Assembly (NCBI GenBank): GCA_003164675.1
Contig: PLTX01000020.1
Location: 7,580-71,579 of the forward strand
Direction of reading: 5' to 3'
Source: Verrucomicrobiota bacterium
Lineage (GTDB): Bacteria; Verrucomicrobiota; Verrucomicrobiia; Palsa-1439
Length of the DNA: 64,000 nucleotides
The position numbers and the translations under genes were made by a program. The stretch's first letter is position 1, and every line of letters begins with the position of its first letter. This document shows positions 1 to 10,172 of this stretch, one piece after another. Below the pieces are notes generated by a model that saw only the letters and a program-made list of their open reading frames with translations, was not told the origin of the DNA and did not search any database.

Positions 1-690
1 GTAAGCCATTGCGCCGCCGATGAGAATTGCATCGGCCCGTGTGAGCAGATTCTCGATGACGGCAATCTTGTCGGAAACCTTGGCTCCGCCGAGGATGCAA
101 ACAAACGGTCGAGCGGGGGAACTGAGTGCCCCACCCAAATACTTCAATTCTTTTTCCATCAGGAAGCCGGCGGCGCATTTGCCGCCGCGTTTCTTGATGA
201 TCTGCGCCACGCCTTCGGTCGAAGCATGTGCGCGATGGGCGGAGCCAAAGGCGTCATTCACGTACAAATCGGCGTTTTTGGCAAGTTTCTCAGCGAATGC
301 GGGATCGTTCTTCTCTTCCGCGGCATAAAAGCGGAGGTTTTCGAGCAACAGGACGTCTCCGGGCTGCATGATGCCGATGGTTTGGTCGACCTTTTCACCG
401 ATGGAGTCATCGACGAACGCGACAGGTCGGCCGAGTATTTCCGCGAGGCGTTCGGCGACGGGCCGCAGACTCTGTTTCGGGTCGCGCTTGCCCTTCGGGC
501 GGCCCAGATGGGAGCACAGGATGACCTTGGCGCCACCTTTGACCAGATAATCGAGGGTCGGCACGGTGGCCCTGATGCGCTTGTCGTCGGTAATCGCGCC
601 GGTCTCGTCGAGCGGGACGTTGTAATCCACGCGCACCAGCGCGCGCTGGTTGCGGAAATCTTTCAAATCGGTGATAGAAAGTTTCGACAT
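1..690 (-). CDS. pgk: Phosphoglycerate kinase (3' part outside window)
   Basis: Not in ORF track; manual minus-strand translation from ATG at 690: [26 protein letters not shown]...[23 protein letters not shown]...ILIGGAMAY. Confidence 0.97.
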   Translation of the reverse strand, partial: MSKLSITDLKDFRNQRALVRVDYNVPLDETGAITDDKRIRATVPTLDYLVKGGAKVILCSHLGRPKGKRDPKQSLRPVAERLAEILGRPVAFVDDSIGEKVDQTIGIMQPGDVLLLENLRFYAAEEKNDPAFAEKLAKNADLYVNDAFGSAHRAHASTEGVAQIIKKRGGKCAAGFLMEKELKYLGGALSSPARPFVCILGGAKVSDKIAVIENLLTRADAILIGGAMAY

Positions 691-813
691 TATCCTCAAG
701 TCTCCGCAGAACAAACTCTCACGACCCCAAAGCAGAGTAACGAATCATGGCGGTGAGTCAAACCAAAAGGCAGTGGCGGAGCGTTGTCAGCTTCGTTGCC
801 TTCCATTACACTC

Positions 814-2043
814 ATGCGCATGACGGCGAAGATTTCTCTCCAATCGATCCAGCGGGCGCGGGAGCGAATCGGTAAATTCATTGCGCGGACGCCATGCGAA
901 CTGTCGGTCGGCCTGAGTGAGATGGTCGGCGCGCGCGTGTTTGTGAAACTCGACAACCAGCAGGCGACGGGCTCGTTCAAGGAGCGTGGCGCGGCCAATA
1001 AGCTCTTGCAGCTTACGGCTGACGAGAAGAAGCGCGGGGTTGTGACCCCGAGCGCGGGCAACCACGGGCTGGGGGTTGCGTACCAAGCGAAGAAGCTCGG
1101 GATTCCCGCGACCATCGTGATGCCGAAGGGCGCGCCGCTCATCAAGCAATCGAACGTCCGCCGGTTGGGCGCGATCGTTGTGCTGTATGGCGATTACTAC
1201 GCGGATGCATTGACGAAGGCGCGCGAGATTGAAAAGGAGAAGGGGCAGGTGTTCGTGCACGGGTTTGACGACCCTGTGGTGATCGAGGGACAAGGAACGC
1301 TCGGGCTGGAAATCGTCGAGGCGGTGCCCGATGTGGATGCGGTGATTGTGCCCGTGGGTGGCGGCGGATTGATTGCCGGCGTAGGGACGGCGGTGAAGGC
1401 GTTGCGGCCACAGGCGAAGATCATCGGCGTCGAGCCGGAACGGTACGCATCCATGGCGGCGGCGTTGCGGGCGCACAAGCCCGTGACGATTGAGGCATCG
1501 CCGACGATCGCCGACGGCCTGGCGGTGAATTGTGTCGGCGGGAACGCGCTGGAGATTGCGGCGAAGGTGATCGACCAAATGCTGACGGTCACGGAAGACG
1601 AGATTGCGAAGGCGATCCTGGTGTTGCTGGAGGTGGAGAAAACCGTTGTCGAAGGCGCCGGCGCGGCGCCTCTGGCGGCCATGTTCACAGGCAAGGCGGA
1701 TTTGCGCGGGAAGACCGTTGTGCTGCCGCTGTGCGGCGGCAATATCGATGTGAACATGATGGCCAATATCATCGAGCGCGGGTTGGTGAAAGACGGGCGG
1801 CTGGCGTGGCTGCGGACGTTTGTCAGCGACAAGCCGGGGCAACTCGCGGCCATCGCGCGCATTATTGCCGATGCCGGCGCCAGCGTGAAGGACGTGCACC
1901 ACAATCGCGCGTTTGGCCGGGTCGAGCCCGGGGGCGTGGAGATCGATTGGGTTCTCGAAACGCGCGGGCACGATCATCTTGCGGAGTTGGTGCTGAAGCT
2001 GCGCGAGAAGAAGATCCGCGTGCTGACGTTTGAAAATGTATAG
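814..2043 (+). CDS. ilvA: Threonine ammonia-lyase (PLP) with C-terminal ACT domain
   Basis: GSFKERGA PLP-lysine motif, SAGNH, VPVGGGGL, CGGNID, ACT domain DKPGQL; start uncertain (784/814/820). Confidence 0.92.
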   Translation: MRMTAKISLQSIQRARERIGKFIARTPCELSVGLSEMVGARVFVKLDNQQATGSFKERGAANKLLQLTADEKKRGVVTPSAGNHGLGVAYQAKKLGIPATIVMPKGAPLIKQSNVRRLGAIVVLYGDYYADALTKAREIEKEKGQVFVHGFDDPVVIEGQGTLGLEIVEAVPDVDAVIVPVGGGGLIAGVGTAVKALRPQAKIIGVEPERYASMAAALRAHKPVTIEASPTIADGLAVNCVGGNALEIAAKVIDQMLTVTEDEIAKAILVLLEVEKTVVEGAGAAPLAAMFTGKADLRGKTVVLPLCGGNIDVNMMANIIERGLVKDGRLAWLRTFVSDKPGQLAAIARIIADAGASVKDVHHNRAFGRVEPGGVEIDWVLETRGHDHLAELVLKLREKKIRVLTFENV

Positions 2044-2092
2044 CCCCTGGCGCACAATCAGTTCCCAATCCGGCGCGACGCCAGGGCGCACA

Positions 2093-2120
2093 CGCCGCGT
2101 GAGGGCACGCGGCCCACAAC
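2093..2120. repeat. REP-like palindrome between convergent genes
   Basis: CGCCGCGTGAGGGCACGCGGCCCACAAC hairpin; related copy at 28552-28579. Confidence 0.6.
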
Positions 2121-2123
2121 AAT

Positions 2124-3395
2124 TCAGGACAGGATCTTCGCCTTCCTAAGCAGGGAGCGGATGCGGTCGTCGAGGGCTTTTTGGTCGGTGGCGAAGGAGT
2201 AGAGCGCGCTGAGGTTCATGAGGGCGTCGAGTCCGACTTTGCCGGAGGCGAGTCGGTCCTTCCAGGTCGCATACACGGGGATCTTGCCGTCCTTGATCGC
2301 GGTCTGAATATCGGCGGCGGACCAACGCGGCAGGAAATCGCCGAATCCGGCTTTCTCGAAATGTGTCTGGAGATCGCCGGGTTTGAGGGTGTCAAGGTTC
2401 TTGCGAAGCAGGTCTTCGACCGCATCCTTGAACTTCTGCGGGACGGTCCAGAGTGTTTCCCCGTTGAACTGTGCGAGCGTGACCCCGGGCGCCAGTGGCA
2501 CATCGGGGTCGTTGGCGACCTGGGAGGTGACCTTCGCGCGCGGGTTGGCGCGGTATTCGGCGGCAGCCTTGGTCGGTATCGTGTGGACGTCAACCCCGGC
2601 GAGATCGGCAATTTGCGGGCCGGAGCGGATACTGGCGGCGATGAGTTTTGTTTTCGTGCGGCCCGATTTGCGCAAGTCGAGCAATGCGCGTTGCGTGGCC
2701 AGCGTGGCCTTCTCGCCGACATTGCGGCCGTCGCCCAGCTTGTTGTCGGCCACGACAGAGTTCAGGCGGCCGAGGAACACGTTTACAAAGTCGGGCTTGG
2801 TCAGCAACGACGCGACGTAGTTATGTCGAGCGGAGAATCCGAGCGTGAAATTGAGCGGGACGCCGGCCTGCGCCAGCTTGCGCGCGCTCAGATAACCGGC
2901 GGGTGTCAGCGGCACCTTGACGTAGAAGCGTTCGGGACAAATCGCGAAGTAGCGTTTGCCGTAGGCGATTGTGCGTTCGACGTCGGCGGCCAGATCGGTG
3001 TGCAATTCGACGCTGACGTTGGCGTCGAACCGGTCGACGAGGCGCAGGGCGTGATGGGCGTTGAGGATGAACGCGATTTCGAGGATGAGATCCTGTTCGC
3101 CGATCCCGGGCGCGGCATCGAGAACAACGCGGGCGGCTTTCGCGACGAGATCGTCGTAGATGCCTTTTTGGATTTCCTTATTGAGCAGGGTGTTGTTGGT
3201 CGTCAACGCATCGAACGAAGAGTTCCACAACTTGCCGGCTTCGTCGATGTCGCCGGTATCGAGCCAGAGGCGGGTGCCGGTGTCGCGCACCTTGCGCCAT
3301 TCCGGATCGTCCTTGACCGCGACGGCCGGTTTGCCGAACTGGTGGACAAACCCCTCGCAGGCGAATGCGTGCACGCTGGATTCCAAATTCATCAT
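2124..3395 (-). CDS. tal: Transaldolase family protein (long form)
   Basis: LWLDTGD, TTNNTLL, Schiff-base YVKVPLT, NFTLGFS, VFLGRL, LIAASIR; GGAGG upstream. Confidence 0.85.
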   Translation of the reverse strand: MMNLESSVHAFACEGFVHQFGKPAVAVKDDPEWRKVRDTGTRLWLDTGDIDEAGKLWNSSFDALTTNNTLLNKEIQKGIYDDLVAKAARVVLDAAPGIGEQDLILEIAFILNAHHALRLVDRFDANVSVELHTDLAADVERTIAYGKRYFAICPERFYVKVPLTPAGYLSARKLAQAGVPLNFTLGFSARHNYVASLLTKPDFVNVFLGRLNSVVADNKLGDGRNVGEKATLATQRALLDLRKSGRTKTKLIAASIRSGPQIADLAGVDVHTIPTKAAAEYRANPRAKVTSQVANDPDVPLAPGVTLAQFNGETLWTVPQKFKDAVEDLLRKNLDTLKPGDLQTHFEKAGFGDFLPRWSAADIQTAIKDGKIPVYATWKDRLASGKVGLDALMNLSALYSFATDQKALDDRIRSLLRKAKILS

Positions 3396-3642
3396 GGCCA
3401 ATGCCTCCGTAAAACCGAGAATGTTCTGTGACCTTCGAGAACGCCACTCGGTATTTGTCGCCGGAATTCACCCGCGCGTCAAGCTGCGAGGAGTCGATGG
3501 GGATCGGACGGCGCGACCGACAGGTGCGCGCGATCGATCAACAGCGCAGCCTCAAACGTCCGAGCCGACGGTATCCAGCGTCAGCAGGTGAAGCCGTCGC
3601 GGCGAGTGATTCGTCAACGGGCTTCCCTTTCGAATCCAGCCC

Positions 3643-5073
3643 CTACCACACGCCGGTGCGGAGATACTCATCAATCGCGGCTGCGGCCTTGCGGCCGGCG
3701 CCCATGGCCAGGATCACGGTGGCGGCGCCGGTGACAATGTCGCCCGCGCCGAACACGCCCACCTTTGAGGTTTTGAGCGTTTCGGGGTCGGCTTCGATAT
3801 AGCCTCCCTTGCGCGTCTTGAGATCGGGTGTGGTGGATTGCACGAGCGGGTTGCTGCTGGTGCCGACGGCGATGATCACCACGTCCAGCGGCAACTCGTA
3901 TTCCGAACCTCGAATCGGCACGGGCCGACGACGGCCGGACTCGTCGGCGAGGCCAAGCTCCATCTTGATGCACCGCGCAGCTCGCAGCCAGCCCTTGTCG
4001 TTGCCGAGGAATTCGACGGGATTGTTCAGCAACAGAAACTGGATGCCTTCTTCCCGGGCGTGCTTGACTTCCTCGGCGCGGGCCGGCATTTCGGCTTCGG
4101 AACGGCGATAAATGACGTAGGCGTTCTTCGCGCCGAGCCGCAACGCGCTGCGGATGGCGTCCATCGCCGTGTTGCCGCCGCCGACCACGGCCACGTTCCT
4201 GCCGCGGCAATCGTATATCGGCTCATCGTACTCGGGGAATTTGTAGGCCTTCATCAGGTTGACGCGCGTCAGGAACTCATTGGCCGAATAGACCCCGCAC
4301 AGGTTTTCGCCGGGCACGCCGAGGAACTGCGGCAATCCCGCGCCGGTGGCGACGAGCACCGCGTGGTAGCCCTCTTCGCCAAGCAGTTCGTCCACCGTGA
4401 CCGTTTTGCCGACGACGATGTTGGTCTGAAATTCGACGCCCATCCGCTTCATGTTCTCGACTTCCTGTCGCACGATCTCTTTCGGAAGCCGAAACTCGGG
4501 AATGCCGTAGATCAGCACGCCGCCGATCTCGTGCAGCGCTTCAAATACCGTGACCTGATGCCCTTTCTGGATAAGATCGCCCGCCGCGCTCAAGCCCGCC
4601 GGGCCGCTGCCGACAATGGCGACTTTCTTACCCGTGGGCGGCGCGATGGGTGGCAGGCCGATCTGGCCGGTCTCGCGTTCGTAATCCGCCACGAACCTCT
4701 CGAGATACCCGATGCCCACCGCCCCGAACTTCTTGTTCATGATGCACGTGCCTTCGCACTGGTCTTCTTGCGGGCAGACCCGGCCGGTGATCGCGGGCAG
4801 AATGTCGTCCTCGCGAATCTTGGCGGCCGCCGCGAGATAATCGCCCGCGAGCACCAACGCGATGAAGTCCTTGACCTTTACGCCGACGGGGCAGCCGTCG
4901 ACGCACTTCGGGTGGGCGCATTCGAGGCAGCGCATCGCCTCTTGCGTGGCCAGATGAAAATTGAGGCCAAGGTTGACCTCCGCAAAATTCTGCCGTCGAT
5001 GCTCCGGTTCCTGCTCGGGCATTTTCTGGCGGGGAATCTTGGTCCGATCTTTGGGTGTCAGGGGGTTGGCCAT
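3643..5073 (-). CDS. nfnB: NfnB/SudA-like NADPH-dependent Fe-S flavoprotein (GltD-like)
   Basis: RCLECxxxxCxxGCP, TGRVCPQEDQCE, VGSGPAG, YGIPEFRLPK, VGGGNTAMD, GDIVTGAATVILAMGAG. Confidence 0.9.
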   Translation of the reverse strand: MANPLTPKDRTKIPRQKMPEQEPEHRRQNFAEVNLGLNFHLATQEAMRCLECAHPKCVDGCPVGVKVKDFIALVLAGDYLAAAAKIREDDILPAITGRVCPQEDQCEGTCIMNKKFGAVGIGYLERFVADYERETGQIGLPPIAPPTGKKVAIVGSGPAGLSAAGDLIQKGHQVTVFEALHEIGGVLIYGIPEFRLPKEIVRQEVENMKRMGVEFQTNIVVGKTVTVDELLGEEGYHAVLVATGAGLPQFLGVPGENLCGVYSANEFLTRVNLMKAYKFPEYDEPIYDCRGRNVAVVGGGNTAMDAIRSALRLGAKNAYVIYRRSEAEMPARAEEVKHAREEGIQFLLLNNPVEFLGNDKGWLRAARCIKMELGLADESGRRRPVPIRGSEYELPLDVVIIAVGTSSNPLVQSTTPDLKTRKGGYIEADPETLKTSKVGVFGAGDIVTGAATVILAMGAGRKAAAAIDEYLRTGVW

Positions 5074-5080
5074 AACAAAG

Positions 5081-5977
5081 TCAACGCGGCGTGACATCCT
5101 CGAGTTTGCATCGGTGGCGTATCAGATCCAGGTCAGGTTTCGGGTCGCTGACAAACCGCTCCAGCGCCTGGCGCTCGGCTTCGCGGTACATGGCGTTGCG
5201 TTTGGCCAGGCCGTCGAAGTCCACCTCGTGCGCATCGAATTCCGGGCCGTCCACGCAGGCAAACTGGCTGCGGCCCGCCACCTGCACGCGACAACCGCCG
5301 CACATGCCGGTGCCGTCCACCATGATCGGGTTGAGGCTGACGAGCGTTTTGATACCGTGTGGACGAGTCGTCTCGGCGACGGCGCGCATCATCGGGATCG
5401 GGCCAATGGCCAGCACCAGATCGATCTTCCTCTCGCCGGCGATCAACGCCTTCAGCTTGTCCGTGACCAACCCTTTCTCGCCGTAGCTGCCGTCGTCCGT
5501 GGTCACAAACACCTCGTCGCTGATGGCACGAGCCTCGTTCTCCAGGACGAGGAGGTCTTTGGTGCGGGCGCCGAGGACGGTGATGACGTGGTTGCCGGCC
5601 CCTCGAAGCGCCTTGGCGGTCGGATAGGCGATCGCGGTCCCCACGCCGCCGCCGATGACCACCACCGTCCCGAATAAACGAATGTCCGACGGGCGACCGA
5701 GCGGCCCGACCACGTCAGGGATGATATCGCCCGCGTCGAATCGGTTCAGCAACTTGGTCGTCTTGCCAATGCCTTGGACGATGAGCGTAATCGTGCCGTC
5801 CGTCGGATTGGACTCCGCGACGGTCAACGGGATGCGTTCGCCGTGCTCGTGAATGCGAACGATGACGAACTGCCCGGGCTGCTGTTTTCGCGCAATGCGC
5901 GGAGCCACGATACGGAACAATTTGACGTCCGGTGCCAGGAAGCGCGCTTCCGCGATGCTAAATCCGTCGGTTCCCAT
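5081..5977 (-). CDS. nfnA: NfnA/SudB-like ferredoxin-NADP reductase small subunit (FAD, 2Fe-2S)
   Basis: GERIPLT, GGGVG, IGPIPMM, NPIMVDGTGMCGGCRV...ACVDGPEF; immediately upstream of nfnB. Confidence 0.9.
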   Translation of the reverse strand: MGTDGFSIAEARFLAPDVKLFRIVAPRIARKQQPGQFVIVRIHEHGERIPLTVAESNPTDGTITLIVQGIGKTTKLLNRFDAGDIIPDVVGPLGRPSDIRLFGTVVVIGGGVGTAIAYPTAKALRGAGNHVITVLGARTKDLLVLENEARAISDEVFVTTDDGSYGEKGLVTDKLKALIAGERKIDLVLAIGPIPMMRAVAETTRPHGIKTLVSLNPIMVDGTGMCGGCRVQVAGRSQFACVDGPEFDAHEVDFDGLAKRNAMYREAERQALERFVSDPKPDLDLIRHRCKLEDVTPR

Positions 5978-6211
5978 GATACAACCCAGGTACTTGTAAT
6001 GCTCCAACAGGTTCCCCGCAAGCGCAGACGTTCACGTACTGCTACGCGTCCAGGGGGAGATCGGTGGTGGCAGGTATGGCAGGAACCGGCTTCGCAGGAA
6101 TAATCCGGTGGATTCAGGCAGGTGAATTTCCGATCCCGCACCGCGACCTCGCGGGTGCCTCATCTCACGGTCTCTGTCCGGTGTTGATCGGTCTCGGACT
6201 GCGTCAATGCG

Positions 6212-8953
6212 TCAAAACGGGTTTTTCAGTCCCTTGGGAAGATGGGATTTCTTCGTGCTGATCTTGATTTTGTCCTGGCCCTCGAACGTGCTTCCATCAA
6301 CGAAAGTCCCGTTCACGGTCAGTACCCGGACCTTGCCATTCTTGACGGTTCCCAAGCTGGCGATCAGATCATTCACGTTGAACTCGACAACCAGATCCGG
6401 AATTCCATCCTTCTTTTTCTTGGGGCAACCGCGCGTGTACACGAACGGAGCCGCCACGTCTTCAATCACGGAGTTGGTGTTCGCCAACACGCCGTTCAAC
6501 GTCACGCTGGCGGGGACGATGTTGGTTACGTGCATCGACTCGGTTCCCACGATGGCCACCTGGATCACGCCACCGGCATTGGTGTTGACCACGACCGGGC
6601 AGAAACCCGGGGCGATGTCCACAATGACCTGCTGTGGGGCCGTGACCGTGACGCTAAACGTGCACGAGGTGGTGTTCCCGGCGGGGTCGACGGCGGTGCA
6701 GACCACCGGTGTTGTTCCCAGCGGGAAGATCGAGCCCGAGGCCGGCACGCAGGTAACGGTCGCTGTAACCGAGCAATTATCGACGGCCGTCGGCGTGGAA
6801 AATGTCACCACCGCCGATGACTGCGATATGCTCACGTTGTTGGTGATGTTGGACTGGCAGGTGATCTGCGGCAGCATGGTATCCGCGACGATGAAGCTGG
6901 TCGTGCAGTTGGTGGTGTTGCCCGCCTGGTCCGCGACGGTGATCGTCACCGTGTTCGTCCCCGCAAACGCGATGGTTCCATTGGTGGGTGACTGGGTGAT
7001 GACCAGATCGTTGGAGGGCGTGCAATTGTCGGTTGCGACCACCGCGCCGGTGAAATCCGGCACGACGGCCTCGCAATTGGTATTGGCCGAAGCAACGATC
7101 GAGGTGGCGCACTGCGAGATGGTCGGCGGTTGATTGGCAACGACCGGGACGCACTCGGAAAACTCGGAGGTGTTGGAACTGCTGTCGCTGGCCGTGGCTG
7201 TGATGAACTCGCCCACGAGATCGGAGTTTGTAAAGGCGGCGCTGAATGAGGCCCCACCACTCAGGTCGGAGGTGACATCGGCGGACCCAAGGAATACCTG
7301 GCCTTGCCCAAAGCCGGACGGATCACAGTTGACGTTGGCAAAGAACTCGAGATGCGCGGTCGTGGCGCTGCCGGAATTGGCGATGGAGCCTTGGATCAGC
7401 ACGCCGCTGTTGGAGCAAACGGCGGAGGTGAGCACGGGGAAGTTCTGGAAATTGTTCGGACCCGAGGGGAAGACGCCGAAGGCATGGTTTGAAGTGACGC
7501 CATCGGCGCCCAGGTCGATGCCCAGCACGGCGTTGGAGAAAATCGAATTCCCAAAGATCGCGTTGTCAACGGCGTTGCTGACCACGGTCACGCCGTTGCT
7601 GCCATTGAACGCGATGATGTTGCCCTCACCGGACGATGTTCCTCCGATCAGATTGGTCGAGGCCTCCGCGAGGGTCCCGTCGATCAGAACGCCCGATTGG
7701 CTGTTGCCCAAATTGTTCGTGCCCGTGGCATCCGTTCCGATGAAGTTCCCCTGTACGACGTTGGCGTCGGCCGGGAAGAAGCTCGGCCCATTAGAGCCCG
7801 CGACAGCGATCCCGTTGCCCGTATTCTGAATGATGACGTTACCGGCGCCCGAGGCCGCGCCGACGATGTTGGCCGTCCCGGAAACAATCACTCCGTCGCC
7901 TGTGTTGCTGGATATTGTGCTGGCGACGAGACGGTTGGTGCTGCCGTCCAGAATCAACCCGCCGGTGCCATTGGCCGACAGGGTGACGCTGGAGAGAATG
8001 TTGTTGTTGTTCGTGCTTCCCGCGAAGGCGCCGACGTTCACCCCGACGTGGAGATTGGCGGATATCGTGCTGTTGACCAGGTCGTTACTGGACCCCCCGA
8101 TATCCACGCCGTCTGCGCCGTTGGCGTATATGGTGTCGTTGGAGAAGTTGTTGTTGTCGCCATCCATCAGCACACCGGCTTGGCTGTTGGACGAGATAAT
8201 GGTGCTCACGAAGCTATTGGTGCCGCCGGCGAGGTCCACCCCGACGCCGTTGTTGGACGATATCAGGCTGCCGATGACGCTGTTGTTTCCGCCAAGGATG
8301 GCGACCCCGTCCCCGTTATTGTTCGTGACCACATTTGCTGTCAATGTGTTGAAGGAACCCAGAAGCTGGATCGCCGTACTGTTGAGAACGAAGACGTTGC
8401 CGGTAAAGGAATTGGTGTCGCCGCTGCATTCGACACCAACGAGGTTGTTGCTAATCGCGTTTTCCGAGAGCGTCACGCCGTTCGTGACGGACATGCCGAC
8501 CCCGTTGAAGTTCTGGACGGTCAGGCCTTGAACCGACCCGGCAACAGTAAACGTCAACCCGGTGGCGACCCCTGCGCCGAGGAGGCTCCCATCCAACGCG
8601 ATCAGCAGCACGGGGTTGTTCGTCAGCGTACCCGGATTCTCGCCAAGGCTGGAACCAGACTGGCTGAACCCATTGATGGTGAAAGAGTTCGAGATCGTCG
8701 GCAAAGTCGACTGGGGAGCGATTGTTTTCACCGTGCCATCGAAGGGCTGAATGGCGAAATTGATGGTGACGGGCGGAGAGCTGGTGTTGCCGTCGATGAT
8801 GGCCTGGCGCAGGGACCCGGCGCCGCTGTCAGCAGTGTTGACCACCGTGATTATTGTGGTGGCGAGCGCGCTGGAACGATCAGACCCGGAGTCGAAAACA
8901 ATCAACGCGGTGGTCAGTAGTACGCCGCAACAGAATCGCACAGGGGTTTTCAT
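6212..8953 (-). CDS. Secreted parallel beta-helix protein with two HYR-like domains
   Basis: Signal peptide; NTADSGAGSLRQAI start; Asn/Gly beta-helix repeats; NTSEFS motif; HYR motifs (ATDNC...ADQAGNTTNC; GSIFPLGTTPVVCTAVDPAGN). Confidence 0.85.
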   Translation of the reverse strand: MKTPVRFCCGVLLTTALIVFDSGSDRSSALATTIITVVNTADSGAGSLRQAIIDGNTSSPPVTINFAIQPFDGTVKTIAPQSTLPTISNSFTINGFSQSGSSLGENPGTLTNNPVLLIALDGSLLGAGVATGLTFTVAGSVQGLTVQNFNGVGMSVTNGVTLSENAISNNLVGVECSGDTNSFTGNVFVLNSTAIQLLGSFNTLTANVVTNNNGDGVAILGGNNSVIGSLISSNNGVGVDLAGGTNSFVSTIISSNSQAGVLMDGDNNNFSNDTIYANGADGVDIGGSSNDLVNSTISANLHVGVNVGAFAGSTNNNNILSSVTLSANGTGGLILDGSTNRLVASTISSNTGDGVIVSGTANIVGAASGAGNVIIQNTGNGIAVAGSNGPSFFPADANVVQGNFIGTDATGTNNLGNSQSGVLIDGTLAEASTNLIGGTSSGEGNIIAFNGSNGVTVVSNAVDNAIFGNSIFSNAVLGIDLGADGVTSNHAFGVFPSGPNNFQNFPVLTSAVCSNSGVLIQGSIANSGSATTAHLEFFANVNCDPSGFGQGQVFLGSADVTSDLSGGASFSAAFTNSDLVGEFITATASDSSSNTSEFSECVPVVANQPPTISQCATSIVASANTNCEAVVPDFTGAVVATDNCTPSNDLVITQSPTNGTIAFAGTNTVTITVADQAGNTTNCTTSFIVADTMLPQITCQSNITNNVSISQSSAVVTFSTPTAVDNCSVTATVTCVPASGSIFPLGTTPVVCTAVDPAGNTTSCTFSVTVTAPQQVIVDIAPGFCPVVVNTNAGGVIQVAIVGTESMHVTNIVPASVTLNGVLANTNSVIEDVAAPFVYTRGCPKKKKDGIPDLVVEFNVNDLIASLGTVKNGKVRVLTVNGTFVDGSTFEGQDKIKISTKKSHLPKGLKNPF

Positions 8954-9269
8954 GGCGCTCTTTTCCGTAATTCCCAGTCTTCTCCAAATCCATTCCGCAA
9001 CCAGCTCGACCCTTGACGATCAAACACCGCCGGCATCGAAAGTGAATCGTAACCGAACGACGGGATCAAACGCCAGAGGAATCGCGCCAGCGAAAATGGC
9101 GCGGGTCGATCACCAACTCGGTTCACCGCTTCTTCCCGAAAACCGCACCACGTGGTTTCCGGCAAAAAACAAATGCCCCGGTGATTGTCAAACGACTTTC
9201 GGGTGGTTTAGTGTTGACTCCGCAACCCAGCTATAATAGCAACGGGGTTGAGGACTCGAGACCCACTGC

Positions 9270-10172
9270 ATGAATCGATGGCGAGGCTCGTTTTTTTTGG
9301 TTGGCGCCCTGATCACCTTCCCGCTGCTGCCCGCGGCGAATGGATCTCCGACTGCTTTGGAGAGCGCCACCGTCAGCGAGATCAAGAACGAGGTGAGCTA
9401 TCAGGCCGCCGACGGGTCGGAACACGCCGCCAAGGTGGAGGATGTAGTCCAGGGGCGGGACGTGGTCAAGACCGGCAGCAATTCCATGGCCGAGTTGGAA
9501 TTTCCGGACGGGACATTGACCCGCCTGGGGTCGCATAGCGCCTTCACATTTGCCGCCGAGAGCCGCGAGGTGCAGACGCACGGTGGTCTGAGCGTGTTTT
9601 TCATCCCGAAGGGCATGGGGGGTCTCCGCGTCGTGTCCCACGCCGTGGTGGGCACGGTCGAAGGCTGCACGGTGGTTGTGGAGGAGATCGAGCGACGCCA
9701 GGGAGGTACGACCCAGCATTGGACGAAGTTTCTTCTGGTGGAAGGCTCGCGGGCCAGCGTGTCGCTCCCAAACGGGAAGCAAACGTCGTCCTTGCGTGCC
9801 GGCCGGGGAATTTTTCAACGCGAGGGGGCGTCGACACTCAGTCCGCCGTTCGATTTCGATGTCAAGGCGCTCACGGAGAACGCCACCATCTTAACGAAGT
9901 TCCAGCGCTCGTGGCCGGGCCTGGACGACATCAACGCCGTCATTGAAAAGCAATTCAGGCAGTTGAAAAGCGGGAGGATGGTGCATACTTCCTTCTACTG
10001 GACCGGCCGGGGCACGCAACAAGGGACGCTGCCCGCCCAATTTCCCGTTCCCGAGATTCCCGGTATGCAAACGCCGCCATACAACGACTCGGGATCGCGG
10101 GACGGCTTGTTGCTTTACGAGTTCGACAACATCGCCGGAGCCAACCAGCCGACACCGAGTTCAATCAAGTGA
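9270..10172 (+). CDS. Exported FecR-domain protein
   Basis: Signal peptide; VKTGSNSMAELEFPDGTLTRLGSHS FecR-type motif; LLVEGS. Confidence 0.8.
   Translation: MNRWRGSFFLVGALITFPLLPAANGSPTALESATVSEIKNEVSYQAADGSEHAAKVEDVVQGRDVVKTGSNSMAELEFPDGTLTRLGSHSAFTFAAESREVQTHGGLSVFFIPKGMGGLRVVSHAVVGTVEGCTVVVEEIERRQGGTTQHWTKFLLVEGSRASVSLPNGKQTSSLRAGRGIFQREGASTLSPPFDFDVKALTENATILTKFQRSWPGLDDINAVIEKQFRQLKSGRMVHTSFYWTGRGTQQGTLPAQFPVPEIPGMQTPPYNDSGSRDGLLLYEFDNIAGANQPTPSSIK

Noticed and set aside
787-2091. Long antisense ORFs (also 2181-3431, 19729-21537, 23945-26218, 50601-52052, 55742-57865)
   Set aside because: Shadow frames of clear genes in GC-rich DNA, with no recognisable motifs.
3643-5073. Glutamate synthase
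   Set aside because: No large subunit nearby, and it is paired with an NfnA-like gene.
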